Assembly (NCBI RefSeq): GCF_009914755.1
Contig: NC_060947.1
Source: the human T2T-CHM13v2.0 reference genome, Homo sapiens
DNA: 64,000 nt
Strand: one strand, 5' to 3'
Shown: piece after piece, positions 41,013 to 58,835 of the stretch
Numbering within the stretch: position 1 is the stretch's first letter
Layout: each line of letters starts with the position of its first letter
Made by a program: the position numbers and the translations under genes
Notes under the pieces: model-generated
What the model was told of the DNA's origin: nothing
Seen by the model: only the letters and a program-made list of their open reading frames with translations
Databases searched by the model: none

Positions 41013-42300
41013 TGAGGAGTCTTCAAAAAGTTCATGGAAAATGCATTTTATGAAAAACTATGGATGGATTTCAAAATTTTTTGCACCAAAATAAACTCAT
41101 ACTAATTTGTTACAACACGGATGAACCAGATCTAGTTTGAAGCATTAAGAAGGACAAGACATCAGTTTGAAAAGAGCCCCTATCAGAGCAGCATGAACTC
41201 TGCTAAAATTGAAGGAAGAACAATTTATGGTGAAGCTTGGGTGCAAGAATGGTAAAATTATTGGCATTTTATGAAAAGTTTATAAGGACAATGTCCTAAA
41301 GAAAGCAGAAGTTTACAAATGGATAACTCGTTTTAAGAAGGGATGAGACAATGTTGAAGATGAAGAAGGCTGCAGTGCAGACCATCTACATCAATTTTCG
41401 AGGAAAAATTCATCTTGTTCATGCTCTAATTGAAGAGAACTGGCAATTAACAACAGAAACAATAGCCAACACCATAGACATCTCAATTGGTTCAGCTTAC
41501 ACAATTCTGATGGAAAAATTAAAGTTGAGTAAACTTTCAACTTGACAGGTGCCAAAACCATTGCACCCAGATCACCTGCAGACAAGAGCAGAGCTTTCAA
41601 TGAAAACTTTAAACAAGTGGGATCAAGATCCTAAAGCATTCCCTCAAAGAAGTATAACAGAAAATGAAACATGGCTTTATCAGTATGATCCTGGAGACAA
41701 AAGCACAATCAAAGCAATGGCTACCAAGAGGTAGAAGTGGTTCATTCAAAGCAAAAGCAGACTTGTCAAGAGCAAAGGTCATGGCAACTGGTTTTGGGAG
41801 ATGCTCAAGACATTTTACTAGTTGACGTTCTGGAGGGCCAAAGCATGATAATATCTGCTTATTATGAGAATGTTTTGAGAAAGTTAGCCAAAACTTTAGT
41901 AGAAAAATGCCTGGGAAAGCCTCACCGGAGAATTCTCCACCATGACAATGCTTCTGCTCATTTCTCTCATCAAACAAGGGCAATTTTTCAAGAGTTTTGA
42001 TGAGAAATCATTAGGCATTGACCTTACGGTCCTGATTTGGCTCCTTCTGACTTATTTTTGTTTCCTAATCTTAAAAAATCTTTAAATGGCACCCAGTTTT
42101 CTTCATTTTTAAATAATGTATAAAATACTGCATTAACATGGTTAAATTCCCAGGACCCTCAGTTCTTTAGGGATGGACTAAATGGCTGCTATCATTGCTT
42201 ATCTTGTACTTGATGGAGCTTATGTTGAGAAACAATGTTTATGTTTTTAATTTTTTATCGTTTAATTCCATTTTACCACAAACTTTTTGAAGTTCCATCA
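41013..42300 (+). mobile_element. HSMAR2 mariner transposon, near full length (1288 bp), transposase pseudogenised
   Basis: TA duplications at 41011-12 and 42301-02. TIRs tgaggagtcttcaaaaagttcatgg / ccacaaactttttgaagttccatca. Transposase remnants MNSAKIE (41193), ENETWLYQYDP, LHHDNASAH and YGPDLAPSD. Confidence 0.93.
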
Positions 42301-42531
42301 TATTTGTGTGAGTTTACTCTATGCCCTTTTGTGCGTGTATCTGTGAGTATCTTGGTGTTTGAGTGTATTCATGTGTGTTTTTTTGTGTGTCTTGGTGTGT
42401 TCTTGTGTGTTACCGTGTGTTAGTGAGGTGCATTGCTATGTGTCTGGGGTATTAACCCACAAATGTCTAGGGGTATTGACATGGATATATCCAGCTTTGG
42501 TGTATGGTGATGGAGTTCTTGGGGCTCTTAC

Positions 42532-42645
42532 CTGCCTTTGGGTCCTCTATGAGCTGCAGCAAGTCCCCAGGGTGCCCATTCAGTGTGAAGCAGATCTTCT
42601 CTTCTGAGTGTGGGATTTGGATCACAAAGTGGGGGTCCCCGTCCA
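42532..42645 (-). CDS. ITIH6: ITIH6 coding exon 11, 114 bp, contains the DPHFVI heavy-chain processing site
   Basis: CAG acceptor at 42647-42646 and CAG|GTAAG donor at 42531. Encodes VDGDPHFVIQIPHSEEKICFTLNGHPGDLLQLIEDPKA, matching the ITIH DPHF(I/V)I...CF.. motif. This frame is not in the ORF track. Confidence 0.95.
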
Positions 42646-42810
42646 CTGCAAGGCAGAAGATACAACTCTAAAGTTAAAGGAATAAATGGAAGGGAGAGGG
42701 AAAGAGAGAGGAGGGAAAGGGAAGAGGTTATGTCTATTTCCCCAGCCCCAGTCCCAGTGCACAAGCTGCCCTGTACTCAAACAGGGGAGCCATGGGGGTG
42801 ACTGGCTTAC

Positions 42811-42846
42811 CTGAGGAGGAGAAGGTGAAGATGCTAGGCAATGTGC
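42811..42846 (-). CDS. ITIH6: ITIH6 coding micro-exon 10, 36 bp
   Basis: Pyrimidine tract plus TTTGCAG acceptor at 42848-42847 and CAG|GTAAGC donor at 42810. Encodes (G)TLPSIFTFSSS. Phase 1-1. Confidence 0.8.
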
Positions 42847-43170
42847 CTGCAAAGGAGAGAGAGACTGTGTTGGGAAGGGACTAATGTATCACATTCCTAG
42901 GAATTCTGGGACATACTCCCAGATAAGGGCCAAATTCCTGTGTTCAGCATTTAAGGCTTTTCTGAAATCTAGTCCCTGCCTAGCTCTCCAGTCTTTGTGC
43001 TCTAGCCCAACCAAACTATTGTTATGAGTGTCCTACCTTCTCTTCCTAGTGACCCTTTACTCCTGTTTTTCCTGCCACCTGGAATGTTTTCCTTTCCCTT
43101 AACTACCAAGGATGAATTTCTAGTTATCCTTCAAGGCCAGCCCAAATGCTCTTTTCTCTTGCTCTCTGCC

Positions 43171-43802
43171 TGTGGTAGGTAGAATTCTAAGATGGCCCAC
43201 AGGATCTCTTGGTGTACACACTCTGTAAAATCTCCAGAGCTGTGAATATGATGAAATATCCTCCCAGAAATAGGTTATTTCATGTGACCCTATTGAACTT
43301 ATGAAGGGTATATTATCCAGGTGGGGCCTGACCTAATCACGTAAGCCCTTAATATTTGTATCTAGAGGTCAGAGACAGAGGAGTCAGAGAAATTTAAAGT
43401 GTGAGAAGGGTTTGGCATTAGGGGAATGCTCCATAGCTGCCTTTGAAGATGGAGGGGGACCACATGGCAAGGAATGCAGGAGATTTCTAGGTACTGAGAG
43501 TGGCCCCAGGTAACCTCTTGCAGCTGAGAGCGATCCTCCAGCCAACAGCCAGCAAGAAAATGGGAACCTCAGTCCCAGCAACACAAATAACTAAATTCTG
43601 CTAACAACGTGAATGAGTGTGGAAGAGGATGAGAGCTCAGTGTGACAGACACCTTGATTTCAATCTTGTGAGATCCTGAGCAGAGAATCTAACTAAGCTA
43701 TTTCTAGACTACTGACTAACAGAACTGTGAGATTATTAATTGGTGTTGTTTTAAGCTACTAAATTTGTGATAAATGTTACACAACAATAGAAAACTAATA
43801 CA
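43171..43802 (+). mobile_element. MaLR solo LTR (MLT1E-like)
   Basis: Starts tgtggtaggtagaattctaagatggccc and ends gttacacaacaatagaaaactaataca. Confidence 0.85.
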
Positions 43803-43897
43803 TTACTTCCCTCTGGTCTCCCACAATGTCAATAAGAATTCTAATGGAATGGAAATGAAGGCCCAGGGGATCTTTGTCAGGAGAGCTCCTTGCTCAC

Positions 43898-43990
43898 CTT
43901 TTGCTAACCCCACAGAACTTCCTTGAGATTCCATGCTGCCTCCAGCTCCTCCCAGGATCTCCTCAGAATTGCCATCCCAGTTTGGACTTC
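43898..43990 (-). CDS. ITIH6: ITIH6 coding exon 9, 93 bp
   Basis: CAG acceptor at 43992-43991 and GTGAG donor at 43897. Encodes (G)SPNWDGNSEEILGGAGGSMESQGSSVGLAK. Phase 1-1 keeps the frame. Confidence 0.85.
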
Positions 43991-44179
43991 CTGCCAAGCA
44001 CAAAAGAAATAAGAAAACCCTTCAAATTCCAGGGGCAAAGTCTCAAAATCTTTCTGACAAGGAGAGCCCTCACTGGCTCTGCAGGTTGACCTGCCCATCT
44101 CCAGGACTGGGACCTTATGCTCTCCACAGCCTCTTAATCTCTCAAGCTCAGATATGTTCAAAGTTCTTCCTTATAGCAT

Positions 44180-45050
44180 TTATACATTCATTTGTCCATT
44201 CATTCATTCATTCATTCATTCAGGCATTGCTTAGGTATTAGGTATATGGTGGTGAAAAATAAAGACATAGTTTCTGACCTGGTGAAGCTCATAGTTTAGT
44301 AGGGGGTGGCAGACATGAATGAAATCATAATTTATCACAAATGGTGATAAATGCTATTGGAAAAAAATAATGAGGTGACTGTGGGAGTTAAACAGAGACC
44401 TGAAGTAGCCTGCTTGGGGGAGGGTGGGTAAGGAGATCTGAGCTGAGATCTAAGGCATGAGCTGGAGTTCGAAGGGCAATGGAAGGGATAAGGGCAGCAG
44501 GAAGGGGTAGGACAAAGCAGGTCAGATGATTATGAAGCAGAGACAGTAGCTTGAAAAAAGTCCCTGAGTGGAGATGGGGTAGGGTGTTCATTGGAGGGGC
44601 AAAATAGAGACCAGTGGGGCTGGAGTTCAGAGAATGGGTGGGAGAGAGTGAGGTCATAGAGGAATGGGGGTAGGGAGCAGATCATGCAGAGCCTGCTGGC
44701 CATGAAGAGGACTTTTAACTTCATTCTAAGTACGATGGGAAACCCTTGAGGGATTTTAAGTAGGGAAGGGGCATGAAGTGATTTGTGTCTTTAAAGGATC
44801 CCTTTGGCTGCTGGGAGAGACTGGCCTGTAACAGGACAGGAGAGGAAGCAGGGAAACCAGTGAGGAGCCTGGAACAGTTTTCTAGGTGAGACACAATGGT
44901 GGTCTGCTGTAGCACAGTGACACTTGGGGTGGTGGGAAGTGGATGGATTTGGTAAATATATTAGAGGTAGCATTGTCAATAACTGAGGATGGATAGGATA
45001 TTGGAGGGGTGTCTGAGGAGAGAGGCATGTAGAGGATGTCATACCCAAAT
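44180..45050 (-). mobile_element. LINE-2 (L2a-like) 3' portion
   Basis: (CATT)n terminus followed by typical reverse L2 text (gatcatgcagagcct, aaaggatccctttggctgct). Confidence 0.8.
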
Positions 45051-45149
45051 TTGCATCCCTGTGACTTAGGCACTCTCAGTGGGTTCTAATCCTGCCCTAT
45101 AAGGTCACCTAGGAAATGTCACTCCTTCTCTTAGGAAGGCAGGATACTG

Positions 45150-45380
45150 GAGTGGTGAATCACATTCATTCTGTGACCAGATTGTATGAGTTCAACTCTC
45201 TGACTAGCTGTGTGACATTGAGAAACTTATTTTACCTCTCTGTGCTTCATTCTCCTCACGTGTAAAATGACGATGTCAAGAAAGAAAGATGTTTCTTGTG
45301 AGGATTAAATGAGGGACAAGTACAGTATGTAGAGCAGTACTTGTGCATAGGAAGAGCTCACAAATGTTAACTTATTATTT
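45150..45380 (+). mobile_element. MIR
   Basis: actagctgtgtgac..acctctctgtgcttca..tgtaaaatg..gtgaggattaaatgag. Confidence 0.75.
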
Positions 45381-45690
45381 CATACTTTTTTTGGAAATTA
45401 AAGATAATTTTAATTATCTTCCCCAATTCTTCTACCCCTGTCATTAAGCAGGACTATTCACAGAGCACAGAAAAACCAATAAGACCCGCCTCATCCAATG
45501 ATGCATTCCTCCCCTGCTTAGGAAGCATCAGCAATTCTTTTGTCCAACAAAACAAATGTCAAAGCTAACCCTTGGCCAATTTGTTTCTGTTCAGCCTTCC
45601 CAGTCTCAACACTCCTCCTCTCCCAAGGCCTCTAATTCCATGCATGTATACTGAGGCCCAGAGAAGTTAAGTAACTTGTCCAAAGTCCCA

Positions 45691-45732
<42 letters not shown>
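45691..45732. repeat. (AAGC)n tetranucleotide repeat about 115 bp into intron 8
   Basis: About 10 perfect units. Confidence 0.95.
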
Positions 45733-45733
<1 letters not shown>

Positions 45734-45845
45734 GAAGCAGCTGTCCCATCACTGGAGTCTGCATAAGCCTTGTAGATTCCCAGCTCCTGGTACTGTCCAT
45801 TCATACCTCACCCTCATGGCTCGACCTCTTACCCATGGCACTCAC

Positions 45846-47879
45846 CATCTTCATCAGGAGTGAGGAAGGTATAGAAAGCTGGTGGGTTCAAGGACTCCAC
45901 GAACTTGGATTCCACCATTGATTCAGACAGCAGCTCTAGCTCCTCAGGGAGAAGGAGCAGACTGATGGCCTCAGGGAGGATGCTAGAAGGCAGCAAGATT
46001 GGCAGGTTTGGAGGGCTGCCTTCTGGTGTAGGCCTGGAGCTGTTGAGTAGGCTCATTGTTGGAACTCCTGGCCTAGATGGTCCCAGAACTTGCCTGGTCC
46101 TCTGGGGACCCGGGAGGAGGTCATACTGATGCCAGAACCTTCCAGGGGGCAGAGTGGGAGTAAAGGGCATGGGGAGGGGTTCTCCAAGGACAGAGGTGGT
46201 TGTGGTACTGCTGGGACCTGTGGAACTTGAGATTGTATTTGGGAATGTGCTTAGGCTCTCAGGAAGTGGGGGCCTTGGTCTGTCAGGTCTAGGAGGTAGT
46301 GGGGTTTGAGGCATATGGGGGTTTGGGGTCTCAGGCTTGGAAAGTGATATGCTTGTGGAAATTTGGTGTGGTGGGGCACTCGGTTTAAGAGATAATAAGA
46401 TTTTAGGGGTCTTGGACAAGAGGATTCCAGGCCCCAGGTGTGGCATGTTGTTTCGGGTCTTGGGAGCAGGAACCCTAGGTCTGGTGTGTAGTGGGTACTT
46501 GGGAACCTGAAGTGTAGAGACTCCAGGTCTTGACTGTGGCAGGCCTTTAGGTGCCTGTGATGTGAGTGCCCCAAGTTGGGGGTGCGATGGAGCACCAGGT
46601 TTGGAATGCAGTGGAGTAACACATTTCACAGTGTCAGCTTTGGGCGAGGCTGGGATGCCAGGTTTCACAGGTGGGACTTGTGTCCTGGAGTTCGTGGGTA
46701 ATATATCAGGATTCTGGTGTGATAGAGAGCCGGGCTTCAGAGGCAACAGAGTACCAGAATTTGAGGGCACAAGAATGGTAGGTTTTGTCCTGAGAGTTGG
46801 CTGGGCCAAGGTGCCAGAATCCTGTTGTGCTGGAATTTTGGCCTTTGGGTATGTGGGCATTGACAGGGTATGAGGGCTCTCTCCCAATGGCTCCAGCTCT
46901 TTGGAACTTAGCATCTTCTTGGTAGAGGCAGTAGTAGTTGAGGATAAGTAGAACTTTGGTTTCACAGGCCTTGATTTGGGGGAGATGACCTTGGGCACCA
47001 AGGCTGGCTGAGCTGTGCTTACCCCTAGGCCATGCCTGCTGCTGGATGAGGGCATGATGGTGTCTGGCCCAGCAGAGGTGGAAGTCTGTCTCCTGGTCTC
47101 CTCACTGGCCTGTTTGGGTTGCACCATGACCAGTGAAGTCAGAGGTGTGACAAAGTTGTATTCAAGGGACAGGTTGAGGACTTTGGCAGCCAGCAGGTGG
47201 CGAGTGGTGGTGTCACGAGCTTGGAAGTGTGCATCCAGCAGTTCTCCAATGGTGACATAGGCCCAGAGGCGGCGGATGAAGTGGGCCACATTGGGGGCTG
47301 GCTCCCCTGGGCAACCAAAGGCCTTCTGGCTGTTGTTGGTGGCCCCTTCACTGTGGTGGGCCACAAGAAGCTGATCCTTGGGGCCACGGGCTGCCAGGTG
47401 GATGCCCAGTTCCTGTTTGCCTGGCTGCACCTGTCCTGCCACCACCAGCTCAGAGCCACCAAAGTAGTTGGGGAAAACGGCCCAAGGGGAGGCCCCAACC
47501 AAGCCACCCAGGTAGTTCAGACGCACATCTGCCAGCAGAGGCATGGAGATCTCCTCATAGAGGCCCTTCAGCTGTAGGGCCGCATCAGTGTCCTCATATA
47601 TGCGCCGGGCTATTCCCCGGTTTTCCAGGGACAGGCGGCGCAGCAGTGTAAAGTCAGCATCATCCCCAAAGGCCAAGCTGAAAAGGGATACCCTGTGGCC
47701 TAGCGCCTGACGGACATTGGAGAGGATCACACTGGGGGTCGTCACGCCGGCCGTGGGCTCCCCATCCGTCAGGAAGATGATAAGAGGGATCCTCCCCACA
47801 CTGGGGCCCCTCCCAGGCTCCTGGTTGCTATGGTTCAGCACTGAAGCAGCTGCCAGCAGAGCTGAGTTGACGTCTGTCC
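45846..47879 (-). CDS. ITIH6: ITIH6 coding exon 8, 2034 bp: rest of vWA (LTDG), ITIH core and a long Pro/Ser/Thr-rich region
   Basis: Lies within the 692-aa ORF 45829..47907. TAG acceptor at 47881-47880 completes the Trp codon (T+GG); GTGAG donor at 45845. Carries ITIH motifs IIFLTDGEPT, FPNYFGGSELVVAG, RLWAYVTI and YNFVTPLTSLV. Confidence 0.96.
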
Positions 47880-48636
47880 CTAATTGGGGAATAGATTGTG
47901 AGACCATCTTCTCTGGTCACTTCTACCCCCATTGCAGACACACTGGGCACCTCATCAACTTCCCAGGCTCACAGCTCCTTATCTTTGCTCAGGCTGTATC
48001 CACTGTTTCTCCTTCCCAACTTCTCCACTCCCACCCAGACTTGCTGAGATCTGACATTGGGGCCCACATGTCCTTGGCTTTTATCACTCTCTGTCTCACA
48101 CTGTTCTTTGTCTGTTTCCTTGGTGGTGCAGGGTCGAGGGGGGAGATGTCTCATTCCCGAGCCAGACTGGCAGGCTCCCAAGGCTAGCACCCCCCCCTCC
48201 AACCTTCTTGCTACAGGGGAAGAAAGGACAGAGTTGACAGGAGGCAGTGGGTAGAGGAGACTTCAGTAGTTGTCAGAGACGATTGCTTAAAAGCTAGAAT
48301 CAGGGCAGCAGCTTCCTCAAATGCTTGGAAATAAATATCTAGATTATTGATTTAAAGAAAGTTTAGCAAATTCTTTCAAGTGTTTGCTTTAAAGAAGAGG
48401 AAACTGAGGCCAAAAAGAAATGTGCCCTAAGATACATGGAGAATCGGCTGTGCTCTTTCTACAAGGAAAGGGTGATGGGAGAACACAGAGGACAAAGGAC
48501 CATATTTGTGTGAAATGTGGTCTTGATATTTCAGGAACTGTGAGAGTTGAGGAGGATGGGGGAATGAAGAGAGGGTTTCAGGAATTTCCCATATCACCAC
48601 AGCCTGCCCATTTGGGTGGGTAGATCTAACACTTAC

Positions 48637-48808
48637 AGCCATCGGCTTCCATGCAATGCAGGTAGTCCTTGGCACTGTGGACATTCTGGATGGTGGCCTG
48701 GATTGAGCCTCCAGCTTTCCAAACATTAACTGTGTCAGAAAAGGAGATGATGTTGAAGTAGTCATTGGCTTGAAGGTCACTGAGGATCACATTCATGGCC
48801 GTTTTAGT
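48637..48808 (-). CDS. ITIH6: ITIH6 coding exon 7, 172 bp, vWA domain
   Basis: CAG acceptor at 48810-48809 and GTAAG donor at 48636. Encodes TKTAMNVILSDLQANDYFNIISFSD...MEADG plus 1 nt. Phase 0-1 fits both neighbours. Confidence 0.95.
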
Positions 48809-48990
48809 CTGTGGGATATGGATGAAATGAAGAGAATGGGACAAGACTTGAGGTCTATGAGATTGAAAGGCTTTTTCTACACAAGGCATTAACATCTAAG
48901 TGTTATATGGTTTTAAGACTCTCTGACTGCAGGACTCTGTGAATCTAGGATTCTCAGGTGAAAAGACTCTATGGGTTCCAAGGCATAGAA

Positions 48991-49205
48991 CTGCACTGTT
49001 TAATATGGGAACTAATAGTCACATGTAGCTACTTATATTTGAATATAAACTAGCTAAAATTAAAGAAAAATTCAAACATTTAATTCTTTATTTGCAGTAG
49101 CCACATTTCAAGTGTTCAATAGCCACATGTTGCCAGTGGCTACTATATTAGATAGCACAGAATTTTAGATCATTTCCATCATCACGAAAGTCATATTGGA
49201 CACTG
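48991..49205 (-). mobile_element. MER3 (hAT-Charlie MITE)
   Basis: tagccacatttcaagtgttcaatagccacatg..gtggctac..catttccatcatcacgaaagt..tattggaca is the reverse complement of the recalled MER3 consensus. Confidence 0.8.
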
Positions 49206-49323
49206 GTCATCTAAAAGGTTCAAGCTCCCTGTTTTTAGAGCTCTAGAATTCATTTGCTATATGGTTCCTGGGCTCCATGACCCGGGATTCAATGATGTTT
49301 AGGACCTTTATGATCCCAGGTCT

Positions 49324-51280
<1,957 letters not shown>

Positions 51281-51737
51281 TTATAGCTGCCTTTCAATGA
51301 CTTTGCATGCTTTGGTTCTGCTGTAATCTGCTCTTCTGCCTCACCCTCCATTTCTTCCAGGCTGGTCTCACCAGCCCCTAGAAAACTCAGGTTCCAGTTT
51401 AACTCCATAAACCTTGCTATTTTATGCTCTTTAGATAGCATACTTTCCAACTTCCCTTTATTTATTCACATCTTTACTGTTCTTTCAGTTGCTCCTTCTC
51501 TGGAAAGTTCTTCCTTAAGTTGCCAACCCTGACCCCTGCCCTTCTCACTTAGATATTCCCTGTCCCAGTCTGTTAACTGACTGTTTTACATGAAATATTT
51601 TTACTTTCTATCCAAATATTGAACCCTTTGAGAGAAGGGCTTATAATGTTGCTGCTTCTTGTCTCCCTTCTCCATGGCAATACTAGCATAGGGCTAGGCC
51701 CATAGGAGGTTCAGGGAATAGAGTGTGTAGGATCTAC

Positions 51738-51975
51738 TATTAGGTATCATTTACAGGACACTTGCTATGTTCCAGGCACTGTGCTTAACCCTTTTGATGC
51801 ATCAGCTCACTTAATTATCACAGCAACACAATGAAGAAGGTATTAATACTATCCTCATTTTACAGGTGATGACACTGAGACTCAGAGAGGTGGGTGCTTG
51901 CTTAAGGTCATACAGCTAGTCATTGATGGACAAGGGATTCAAATACACATTTGGGAGGTTTTAAATCCAGTGACC
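51738..51975 (-). mobile_element. MIR
   Basis: cacttgctatgttccaggcactgtgct..cattttacaggtgatgacactgagactcagagagg. Confidence 0.75.
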
Positions 51976-53360
51976 CTAAGCACAATATTATGCTTTCAAT
52001 CCTTTATATAGATATGGATTTCAGAGACCACAGGAAGGACACTTGAGACCCACCTTTCTCTATAACTTAAACGGATAGGAAATATCTTGAATGCTTCTAA
52101 GTGGATTAGAGTCTTTCCTGCCATAGGGAGAGCTCTGGGGATAGGTCGTATATTCTGGGACAGGGAGCTAAGCACCATACTCTTGTTTCCATTGAGAGGG
52201 AAGAGACTTAATAGGATTGCCTTTCCTGAGAAGAGCTGTAGAAAAGTGAGAGCCTATGAGGTCCTAGAAGTCAGAACCTCTTGTTGACCGGGAATAGACT
52301 GTAGAAGTGTGCTGTTTAATCTCCAATTACTTTGAGATTTCCCAGCTATCTTTCTGTAATTGAATTCTAGTTTAATTCCATTTGATTTGAGAGCATACTT
52401 GGTACAATTTATATTATTTTAAATTTGTTAAGGTATGTTTTAAGGCCAAGGATATGGTCCATCTTGGTAAATGTTCCACGTGAGCTTGAGAAGAATGTGT
52501 AATCTGCTTGAGCAGAATGTGTAATGTTGTTGAATAAAGTATTCTAGAAATGTCAATTCGATCCAGTTAATTGATGGTGCTGTTCAGTTCAACTATGTCC
52601 TTACTGATTTTCTGCCTGCTGAATCTGTCAATTACTGATAAAGCGATGATGAAGTCTCTAATTATAATAGTGGATTCATGTATTTTTACCTTCCAGTTTC
52701 GTCAGTTTTTACTTCATATATTTTGGTATGTTGTTCGTTGCATGCACATTAAGGATTGTTTGTCTTCTTGGAGAATTTCCCCTTTACCATTATATTTGTT
52801 TTATTGTTATATCATATAATGCAACTATTTATTGCTGAAAATTTCCTTGCTTTGAAGTCTATTTTGTCCAAAACTAATACAGCTACCCCAGCCAGCTTTC
52901 TTTAATTTGTGTTAGCATGGTATATCTTTCTCTATCCCTTTGCTTTTGATTTATCTGCATCTTTATATTTAAAGTGGTTTTCTTATAAACAACCTACAAT
53001 TGGGTCTTATTTTATTATCCACACTGAGAGTATCTGTCTTTTAATTGGTATATTTAAACCATTTATGATTGCAGTCATTACTGACATAGTTGGATTAATA
53101 TTTGCCATAGTTGTAAATATTTTCTATTCTTTTAAAATTCTTTTTTTTTTTAATTATACTTTAAGTTTTAGGGTACATGTGCACATTGTGCAGGTTAGTT
53201 ACATATGTATACATGTGCCATGCTGGTGGGCTGCACCCACTAACTCGTCATCTAGTATTAGGTATATCTCCCAATGCTATCCCTCCCCCCTTCCCCCTCC
53301 CCACCACAGTCCCCAGAGTGTGATATTCCGCTTCCTGTGTCCATGCGATCTCATTGTTCA

Positions 53361-54790
<1,430 letters not shown>

Positions 54791-54793
54791 TTA

Positions 54794-57340
<2,547 letters not shown>

Positions 57341-58835
57341 TTAGTTGATGCAGTTTCTTCCTAGTCTCGATGGTCTTTACATTTTGGCATGATTTTGCAG
57401 CGGCTGGTACCGGTTGTTCCTTTCCATGTTTAGTGCTTCCTTCAGGAGCTCTTTTAGGGCAGGCCTGGTGGTGACAAAATCGGTCAGCATTTGCTTGTCT
57501 GTAAAGTATTTTATATGAAGCTTAGTTTGGCTGGATATGAAATTCTGGGTTGAAAATTCTTTTCTTTAAGAATGTTGAATATTGGCCCCCACTCTCTTCT
57601 GGCTTGTAGGGTTTCTGCCGAGAGATCCGCTGTTAGTCTGATGGGCTTCCCTTTGAGGGTAACCCGACCTTTCTCTCTGGCTGCCCTTAACATTTTTTCC
57701 TTCATTTCAACTTTGGTGAGTCTGACAATTATGTGTCTTGGAGTTGCTCTTCTCGAGGAGTATCTTTGTGGTGTTCTCTGTATTTCCTGAATCTGAACGT
57801 TGTCCTGCCTTGCTAGATTGGGGAAGTTCTCCTGGATAATATCCTGCAGAGTGTTTTCCAACTTGATTCCATTCTCCCCACCACTTTCAGGTACACCAAT
57901 CAGACGTAGATTTGGTCTTTTCACATAGTCCCATATTTCTTGGAGGCTTTGCTCATTTCTTTTTATTCTTTTGTCTCTAAACTTCCCTTCTCGCTTCATT
58001 TCATTCATTTCATCTTCCATTGCTGATACCCTTTCTTCCAGTTGATCGCATCGGCTCCTGAGGCTTCTGCATTCTTCACGTAGTTCTCGAGCCTTGGTTT
58101 TCAGCTCCATCAGCTCCTTTAAGCACTTCTCTGTATTGGTTATTCTAGTTATACATTCTTCTAAATTTTTTTCAAAGTTTTCAACTTCTTTGCCTTTGGT
58201 TTGAATGTCCTCCCGTAGCTCAGAGTAATTTGATCGTCTGAAGCCTTCTTCTCTCAGCTCGTCAAAATCATTCTCCATCCAGCTTTGTTCCGTTGCTGGT
58301 GAGGAACTGCGTTCCTTTGGAGGAGGAGAGGCACTCTGCGTTTTAGAATTTCCAGTTTTTCTGTTCTGTTTTTTCCCCATCTTTGTGGTTTTATCTACTT
58401 TTGGTCTTTGATGATGGTGATGTACAGATGGGTTTTCAGTGTGGATGTCCTTTCTGTTTGTTAGTTTTCCTTCTAACAGACAGGACCCTCAGCTGCAGGT
58501 CTGTTGGAATGCCCTGCCGTGTGAGGTGTCAGTGTGCCCCTGCTGGGGGGTGCCTCCCAGTTAGGCTGCTCGGGGGTCAGGGGTCAGGGACCCACTTGAG
58601 GAGGCAGTCTGCCCGTTCTCAGATCTCCAGCTGCGTGCTGGGAGAACCACTGCTCTCTTCAAAGCTGTCAGACAGGGACATTTAAGTCTGCAGAGGTTAC
58701 TGCTGTCTTTTTGTTTGTCTGTGCCCTGCCCCCAGAGGTGGAGCCTACAGAGGCAGGCAGGCCTCCTTGAGCTGTGGTGGGCTCCACCCAGTTCGAGCTT
58801 CCCGGCTGCTTTGTTTACCTAAGCAAGCCTGGGCA

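Noticed and set aside
45829-47907. Treating the 692-aa ORF as a standalone single-exon gene
   Set aside because: Its ends run into intron sequence. Splice sites at 47880 and 45845 place it in phase with the flanking ITIH6 exons.
45905-48187. Plus-strand ORFs antisense to ITIH6 exon 8
   Set aside because: Expected shadows of a long GC-rich coding exon, with no independent support.
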